From the NCBI GenBank assembly GCA_965248575.1, contig CBDFJQ010000002.1:2240001-2304000 (forward strand): a DNA stretch of 64,000 bases, given 5' to 3'. This stretch comes from Planctomycetota bacterium (GTDB lineage Bacteria > Planctomycetota > B15-G4). Positions 57,827-64,000 of this stretch are shown here, piece by piece. The position numbers and the translations under genes are program-made. Under the pieces are notes generated by a model. It saw nothing but the letters and a program-made list of their open reading frames with translations, was not told the DNA's origin and ran no database searches. Every line of letters starts with the position of its first letter. The first letter of the stretch is position 1.

Positions 57827-58975
57827 ATGAACGAACGGAGCATCGCGCATCCTCCCGTGGAGAACCCTCACGGGACGCATGGCTTGCCCTGGGGAGGGCT
57901 GCTTGCGGCACTGCTCTTGTGGGCGCTGAGCTCCGTGCTGTTGGGGCCAGGCGCCACCTGGCCGTTCCTTCGCGGGCACATGTCCATCGCGCATCCGATG
58001 GAGCAGGGCCTCGTCAACGACCGGCTCGCCACGGCGCGTGCCAGAAGGACCTTCAAGAAGACACCCTTGGTGGTTGTGCTAGGAACGAGCCGCGCGAACG
58101 CCGCCCTCAAGCCGTCGGCTCTTGAAGCAGCAGCCCCCGGCATCGAGGCGGTGAGCTTCGCTCACGCCGGCATGCAACCCTTCGAGCTGCGCGGACTCGC
58201 CGACGAGATCGAACCGCTCGGAGCGGACCTGGCGGTGCTCTTGGCTTCGGAGTTCGACACGCACCGCCCCTTGCGGCTCATGCCTCAGACCGCGCCCGGA
58301 AGCCTCGTTGCGCTTCGCGATCTCACCGGATTGCTCGAACCGGCTTTCGTCTGGGAACACCGCACGACATTCCTCCAGCTCTTGCTGTCGAGCGTTGTCC
58401 CGGTCTATCGCTACCGAGAAGTGTTCGCCGTCGCGGGTGCGTCCGAGCTGCGCAGCTTTCCCTCCCCGACGGGTGAGGCGACGTCGACTCCGGAGGCAAC
58501 CTTCCTGCTGCAGGGAAAAGCCCCCCTGCTGATGCATATCCAGAAGGAGCTGGATCGCATCGCGACGCTGTTCCCCAGCATGTCCCGCAAGCAGGCCATT
58601 GCAGAGCTCCGCCAATGTCGGTCCATCACGGATGGGCCCCATGCCGACGTCCAGATGGAACTGCTCAGATTGACGGTGAAGGCGCTGCGTTCCGCCGGGA
58701 CACGGGTGCTGCTAGTGGAGGGTCCCCTCTCACCCAGCACTCTCGGGTACTACGATCCGTCCCTGCGTCAAGAGTTCGTCGCCCTGGCCTTGGACCTGGT
58801 CCAGGACGAGGGCGTGCGTTTCCTCCCGCTCGAGGAAACCGGGCCCCTTCCCATCGAAGCCTTCCGGGATCTGACCCACCTGAGTCGCCCCGCGGCCCAG
58901 GAGTTCGGCAGCTACGTGGGGCAGTGCGTGGGCGACATCCTGGAAGTCCCGGTGAGCGAGCCCGAAGCACGCTGA
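57827..58975 (+). CDS. Membrane-anchored SGNH-like hypothetical protein
   Basis: N-terminal TM; VLGTSR and FRDLTHL resemble SGNH blocks I and V. Confidence 0.7.
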   Translation: MNERSIAHPPVENPHGTHGLPWGGLLAALLLWALSSVLLGPGATWPFLRGHMSIAHPMEQGLVNDRLATARARRTFKKTPLVVVLGTSRANAALKPSALEAAAPGIEAVSFAHAGMQPFELRGLADEIEPLGADLAVLLASEFDTHRPLRLMPQTAPGSLVALRDLTGLLEPAFVWEHRTTFLQLLLSSVVPVYRYREVFAVAGASELRSFPSPTGEATSTPEATFLLQGKAPLLMHIQKELDRIATLFPSMSRKQAIAELRQCRSITDGPHADVQMELLRLTVKALRSAGTRVLLVEGPLSPSTLGYYDPSLRQEFVALALDLVQDEGVRFLPLEETGPLPIEAFRDLTHLSRPAAQEFGSYVGQCVGDILEVPVSEPEAR

Positions 58976-58985
58976 CGCCAATCCA

Positions 58986-59810
58986 TCACCCCCCATGCGG
59001 CGTCGTCGACGGGTGATAGCTGTGGATGAAGTGCTCCAACAGGTCCGTCAAGGTGAGGATGCCGATCAACTGGGCGTCCTCGACCACCGGCAGCGCACTG
59101 ATCTTTGCGGTGGCCATGAGCTCGGCGGCCTCACGCAAGGTTTGGCTGGGTTCGATGGTGAGAGGCTCGCTTTCCATGATCTCATCCAGCGTCGTCGTGG
59201 GCGCGCGCCCGGCTGCTGCGCAACGGCGGAGGTCTCGATCGGACACGATGCCGGCAAGCTGGCCGCCGTTGACGACGGGCAGGTGGCGCGCATGGAGCAT
59301 GCGGCACATGCCGATAGCCTCGGTCACCGTCGTTTCTGGTGAAGCCTCCATGGGGAAGGGCGTCATGAGCTCTTCCACGGTGGGCTGGGGCGCGTCGTCC
59401 GCTCCCGCGCTCTCGCGCAAGGACCGCATGAGCGTCACGACCAGGTCCATCTCGGACAGGATGCCCACGAGCTGGGCGTCACGCAGCACGGGCAAGCACC
59501 CGTCCTTCTGCGCCAAGCACTGCGTGGAGGCTGTGAGCAGGCTGTCCTCGGGCGTGAGCGTCGAGAGCCTGTCCTGGAGAACGTCCGCGACGGTACGGGA
59601 GGATGGCCCCAGGGAACCGGACGGGGCTCCCATCAGCTCCTGGTCCGTGGGGTAGAGGTCGCGATCGGAGACAACGCCCACGACCCGATCGTGCGCGACG
59701 ACGGGCAGGTGTCGGATGTCCTGACTGTCCATGAGGCTTCGTGCAGCCTCCACCGGCGTGTCCAGGGCGACGCAGTAGGGCGAGGGCGACATGATCGATC
59801 GAACGTCCAT
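58986..59810 (-). CDS. Tandem CBS-domain protein (four CBS repeats)
   Basis: IRHLPVV..VGVVSDRDL, CLPVL..VGILSEMDL, RHLPVV..GIVSDRDL, SALPVV..GILTLTDL. Confidence 0.93.
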   Translation of the reverse strand: MDVRSIMSPSPYCVALDTPVEAARSLMDSQDIRHLPVVAHDRVVGVVSDRDLYPTDQELMGAPSGSLGPSSRTVADVLQDRLSTLTPEDSLLTASTQCLAQKDGCLPVLRDAQLVGILSEMDLVVTLMRSLRESAGADDAPQPTVEELMTPFPMEASPETTVTEAIGMCRMLHARHLPVVNGGQLAGIVSDRDLRRCAAAGRAPTTTLDEIMESEPLTIEPSQTLREAAELMATAKISALPVVEDAQLIGILTLTDLLEHFIHSYHPSTTPHGG

Positions 59811-59995
59811 GATGGCTCCATTGGAAAACGGCTGTCAGCAGACGAGGCCCTCAGGGCCTGGGGCTGGTTCTTGGGCTCTAGCGTCTTCGTTGGGCGTCCA
59901 TCAGTCAGGTAGGGAGAGGGCGCAGTCGCACTGGGCCACAGGGCGTAGTCGGACGCATGGGCGCCCGGGAGGACCCTCATCAGGCCCCTATCAGC

Positions 59996-61525
59996 TCAGG
60001 GAGCCGAGGCGCGCAAGGCGTTGGACAGGGTGATGCCGTGGATCGACGAGACGTCCTGGACCAGGAACTGGAAGCTGACCTCAGTCCCCGGCGGGACCCC
60101 AAGCGGCCAGGTGGTCGCGCCTGTGAAGGAGCCCGAGGTGTTGGCGAACAGGTTCAGCTGGCTCGAAAAGGGAAACGCGTGGACGATGCCGCCCAGGGCC
60201 GGAAAGGGTGCTGGTGCAAAGGAGATCCACGCGAGCATCAGCGCGCTGGACGGAACCCGGGTGAGGGTGACCGAAGCCGGCGAACCACCCACCAAGGAGC
60301 CCGTGCTCACAAGCCGCGGCTCACCCGCAACGCCCCTGGACGCCCCGCCCAGATCGCTCCACCGATCGGGATCGACCGTGAGGTTCTCGAACAGGGTGAA
60401 GTTGGCGAAGTTCACCACCACGACATCCTGGTCGCCGTCCTTGTCCATGTCTCCGTGGCCGAGCTCGAACGGCAGGTTGCCCACCGCGTGCAGCTCACCG
60501 CCGCCGAAGGTGCCCGCCCCCTGGTTGAACACCGCACCCAGCGAGCCGGGCCCAGTGCTCAGGCTGAGGGCCACGTCCGCCAGGCCGTCATTGTTGAAAT
60601 CTTCGCCCAGCGTGTCCCATGGACTCTCGACGTTGGCGACGGTCACAGGCGCGGCGAAGCTGCCGCTGCCATCGTTCGTGAGCAGGCCGACACTGTCGAT
60701 ATCGGGGCGTGCCACCAACAGGTCCAGGTCACCGTCCGAGTCCATATCCGCGAACTCGATGCCGTTGGCTTCCGTGGCGCCCACGGACACGATCTCATCC
60801 GCGCCGAACAGCCCACTGCCGTCATTGCGGCGGATGCGCACCGAGGCGGGCCCTCCGCCAAAGAACTGGCCGCTCGCCAAGTCCAGGTCGCCGTCGTTGT
60901 CGACGTCGGCAAGGGCCATGTCCTGCACGGACGACCCCGCCTGGGGATAAGAACCGTCGGGCGTAAACGCACCAATGCCATCGTTCATCCAGATTTCGAA
61001 CATCCCGGCAATGCTGAACAAGAACACGAGATCGGTGGAACCGTCGCCGTCCAGATCCCCCACCACGGGCTTGGACGTGCCAAAGTCTGGCGTCGTTACG
61101 ACCAGCTGCTGAGTGAAGGTCCGCGCGCCCTGGTTCCAGTGGAAGAGGATGCCCGGCGCACCGCCAATGGGAGCGCCCACACCGTTGGCCGCCACGATGT
61201 CCCGTTTGCCATTGAGGTCGAAGTCGGCGGTGGCCACACCGCCCGCTGCGAAGGGCTGGATCGTCGAGGGCAGCACTTGGAAGGTCCCAGTCAGATCCCC
61301 GTTGCCCCAGAAGACACCAACATTGGTGCCGCCCGTAGCGAAGTCCAGATGCCCATCCCCATCGATGTCCGCGAACTCGATGCCGTGACGGTTGCTTCCC
61401 GTGGCGATGGGGCTGCCGGCATCAAAGGTCTGAGCGATCGCGCTCGTTGAAAGAAGACCTAGCAACAGCGCTGCGGGCGCGATCATGGCGCCGAGTCGCC
61501 GGTGGTTGTCGCTACGGTCGAACAT
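59996..61525 (-). CDS. FG-GAP/VCBS repeat protein with shared C-terminal module (type A)
   Basis: Signal peptide; seven DxDGDG-type motifs; last 121 aa align without gaps with 5508 and 14291 C-termini. Confidence 0.9.
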   Translation of the reverse strand: MFDRSDNHRRLGAMIAPAALLLGLLSTSAIAQTFDAGSPIATGSNRHGIEFADIDGDGHLDFATGGTNVGVFWGNGDLTGTFQVLPSTIQPFAAGGVATADFDLNGKRDIVAANGVGAPIGGAPGILFHWNQGARTFTQQLVVTTPDFGTSKPVVGDLDGDGSTDLVFLFSIAGMFEIWMNDGIGAFTPDGSYPQAGSSVQDMALADVDNDGDLDLASGQFFGGGPASVRIRRNDGSGLFGADEIVSVGATEANGIEFADMDSDGDLDLLVARPDIDSVGLLTNDGSGSFAAPVTVANVESPWDTLGEDFNNDGLADVALSLSTGPGSLGAVFNQGAGTFGGGELHAVGNLPFELGHGDMDKDGDQDVVVVNFANFTLFENLTVDPDRWSDLGGASRGVAGEPRLVSTGSLVGGSPASVTLTRVPSSALMLAWISFAPAPFPALGGIVHAFPFSSQLNLFANTSGSFTGATTWPLGVPPGTEVSFQFLVQDVSSIHGITLSNALRASAP

Positions 61526-61638
61526 GGGAGTTGGCTTCCGGTGGGATCGTGACTTCAGGGCGGGGGACAGCCCAAGACGCGCGAAGCAGTCTACCTGGTG
61601 TGGAAACCCTGCCGAGGGCCACCCATCGCAAGAGGGCC

Positions 61639-64000
61639 TCAACCTGGCTCGACAGATCGAGCAGAACGCGCTTGCTGAACCCACTTGCTGAACTGACCCG
61701 CCAGCAGGGGGATCAAAGCGCAGGCGAGCACGATCAGCGCATCGGAACCCGAGATCACCTGCACGCCCAGCACCTCACGTAGGGCAGGAACCTGGACAGC
61801 CGCCACCATGAGACCCACGGAGAGGCCGAGCCCCGCGGTCATCCAGGGATTGCTCCAGAGTCGGCGCGAGAACAGGACCGGGAGTTTGGTGCGCGCATTC
61901 AGGGCGTGCAACAACTGAGCCATGGCAACGACCAGGAACGCCATGCTGGCAGGGCGCCTGCTTCCCTCCGGGCTCGTGGACAGAGCCCAGGCGAAGACCG
62001 AGAGACTCACCGCCGTGATCAAGGCGGCATAGAGACCCACGCACCACATGAAGGAACCCGAGAGGATCCGCCGAGACGGATCGCGGGGAGGTCGACGCAT
62101 CACGTCCGACTCGGCGGGCTCGAGTGCCAGAGCCAGGGCCGGGAACACATCCGAGACGAGGTTGATCCACAGGATCTGCAGCGGGAGTAGCGGCAGAGGC
62201 CAGCCCACCAGGCTGGCGAGGAACAGCACCAGGATCTCCGACAGATTGCTCGAGAACAGATAGAACACGAACTTGCGGATGTTGTCGTCGATGACGCGCC
62301 CGCCTGCGACGGCAATCGCCACCGTCTGCAAGCGATCGTCTGCCAGCACCACATCGGCGGTCTCGCGCGCAATGTCCGTGCCACGCTTGCCCATGGCCAC
62401 ACCCACGTCGGCTCCCTTGAGCGCGGGGGCATCGTTGACGCCGTCCCCCAGCATGCCCACCACGGCCCCGCTGCTCTGCAGACCCTGGACGATGCGCAGC
62501 TTCTGTTCGGGGGACGTGCGGCTCAGCACGGCCACGTCTTTCAAGGCTGCCGCCAGCTGCTCTTCGGACAGCGCTTCAATCTCAGAGCCTTCGAGTGAGC
62601 TTTCCTCTCCTCGCAGTACACCCAGCTGACGCGCCACGGCCACGGCCGTCCGCTCTTGATCGCCCGTGATCATGATCGTGCGGATACCCGCCCGCCGGAG
62701 CTCGTCCACCGTTTGCTTGACGCCCTCCGTTGGCGGGTCCATGAGGCCGACATGGCCCACGAACACCAGATCGTTCAGGGCGCCCGGACCCATCTCTGCG
62801 TCTGCCGGAAGCTCGCGAACGGCCAAGGCCAGCACACGCAACCCAGCGTCTGCCAACTGATCGTTCTCCGTTGCCAGCTGCCGCCGGGTGGAGTCCGTCA
62901 GGGCTTGCTCTCCCTGCGCCCCAAGCCGGAACCCACACACATCGAGCACCCGCTGAGGAGCACCCTTCACGGCCAGCAGCAGACCTCCGCCCGGCTGTCC
63001 ATGGAAGCTCCCCATGAGCATGCGCTCACTGGAGAAGGGCACTTCGCCCAACTCGGGTCGCTCTTCCAACAACTCCTCGCGCCGCACGCCTGCCGAGGCT
63101 GCCATGACCAGCAACGCTGCCTCGGTGGGGTCGCCTTCGATGCCGTCCGCCACCGTGAGCCGAGCGCGATTCGCCAGCGCACTCACTTCTAGCGCCACGC
63201 GCAGAGACTTGTCGGCGCAGGGATCGAGCGGCGTGCCCTCTTCGAGGAACTCGGCGTTGCATGCATAGCCGCGGCCCGTAAGCTGCAACTGTCTTTCAGC
63301 CACGCACAGGCGGGTGGCTGTCATCTCGCCGGCCGTGAGAGTGCCGGTCTTGTCCGTGCATACCACCGTCACCGACCCCAAAGCCTCCACGGCATTCAGG
63401 CGCCGCACCAGAGCCGAGCGTTTGGCCATGCGGCGCATGCCTACCGCGAGGGCGATCACCGCCACGACGGGCAGCCCCTCCGGCACGGCGGCCACGGCCA
63501 AGGCGATGCCCGTTTCGAGCATCAGCCAAGGGTCGCCCCCGCGCAGCAGACCGGTGATGACCACCACACCCACAACACCCAAGGTAAGGCCCACCAGGCG
63601 CCTACCCAGCTGCTCGAGGCGGCGTTCCAGAGGAGTCTGCTCGTCCGGAGTGCGCTGCACAAGTTCGCTGATGCGACCCACCTCAGTCTCGATCCCGATC
63701 GCAACCACGATCCCGAGCCCGGTCCCACGCACGACCAGCGCACCCTTGTAAGCCATGCAGGATCGTTCGGGCAGCAGCGCGTCACCCGCCACCGCCTCAG
63801 TCTGCTTGTCCACCGGCACGGACTCTCCGGTCAAGGCCGACTCGTTCAGGGTCAACTCGGTGGTTCGCAGCAAGCGGACGTCGGCGGGCACCGCATCTCC
63901 TGGCTCCAACAGCACCAAGTCACCCGGCACGAGCTCCCGGGCGTCCAGGATCTGTTCGCGTCCGTCGCGCAGCACCGTGGCTTGGGGTGCGTCCAGGGAT
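61639..64000 (-). CDS. Cation-translocating P-type ATPase (type II, Ca2+-like), 5' end outside the window
   Basis: TGES, VPEGL, DKTGTLT, KGAP, MITGD, GDGVNDAPAL, QILWINLVSD. Confidence 0.96.
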   Translation of the reverse strand, partial: SLDAPQATVLRDGREQILDARELVPGDLVLLEPGDAVPADVRLLRTTELTLNESALTGESVPVDKQTEAVAGDALLPERSCMAYKGALVVRGTGLGIVVAIGIETEVGRISELVQRTPDEQTPLERRLEQLGRRLVGLTLGVVGVVVITGLLRGGDPWLMLETGIALAVAAVPEGLPVVAVIALAVGMRRMAKRSALVRRLNAVEALGSVTVVCTDKTGTLTAGEMTATRLCVAERQLQLTGRGYACNAEFLEEGTPLDPCADKSLRVALEVSALANRARLTVADGIEGDPTEAALLVMAASAGVRREELLEERPELGEVPFSSERMLMGSFHGQPGGGLLLAVKGAPQRVLDVCGFRLGAQGEQALTDSTRRQLATENDQLADAGLRVLALAVRELPADAEMGPGALNDLVFVGHVGLMDPPTEGVKQTVDELRRAGIRTIMITGDQERTAVAVARQLGVLRGEESSLEGSEIEALSEEQLAAALKDVAVLSRTSPEQKLRIVQGLQSSGAVVGMLGDGVNDAPALKGADVGVAMGKRGTDIARETADVVLADDRLQTVAIAVAGGRVIDDNIRKFVFYLFSSNLSEILVLFLASLVGWPLPLLPLQILWINLVSDVFPALALALEPAESDVMRRPPRDPSRRILSGSFMWCVGLYAALITAVSLSVFAWALSTSPEGSRRPASMAFLVVAMAQLLHALNARTKLPVLFSRRLWSNPWMTAGLGLSVGLMVAAVQVPALREVLGVQVISGSDALIVLACALIPLLAGQFSKWVQQARSARSVEPG

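Overview
High-GC bacterial chromosomal DNA with about 40 protein genes; no rRNA, intact tRNA, CRISPR array or intact mobile element was seen. The gene content (DUF1800/DUF1501 pair, CotH/lamin-tail protein, many FG-GAP and signal-peptide proteins) suggests a Planctomycetota-like organism (inference only). Recognisable genes: M14 carboxypeptidase, DUF885, DoxX, RlmM-like methyltransferase, hybrid histidine kinase, spermidine-synthase-like protein, glucose/sorbosone-type dehydrogenase, quinol-dependent NO reductase converging on a nonaheme cytochrome c / 4Fe-4S / NrfD operon, SGNH proteins, a deaminase with a lipoprotein-like leader, a protease / acidic protein / FG-GAP / orphan RND cluster, phosphoesterase, CBS protein and a P-type ATPase. 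The most striking pattern is that at least eight exported proteins, most with unrelated cargo domains, end in a shared ~110-120 aa C-terminal module (two gap-free subtypes plus a divergent group) that behaves like a sorting or anchoring domain. Other points: a sigma54-preceded cupredoxin/beta-propeller gene broken by a frameshift, a small cationic 4-Cys secreted peptide paired with a redoxin, an HEXXH membrane protein paired with a Cys-rich (NGDP)9 protein, and intergenic DNA containing several transposase and domain relics. All calls come from reading motifs by eye; no database search was run.
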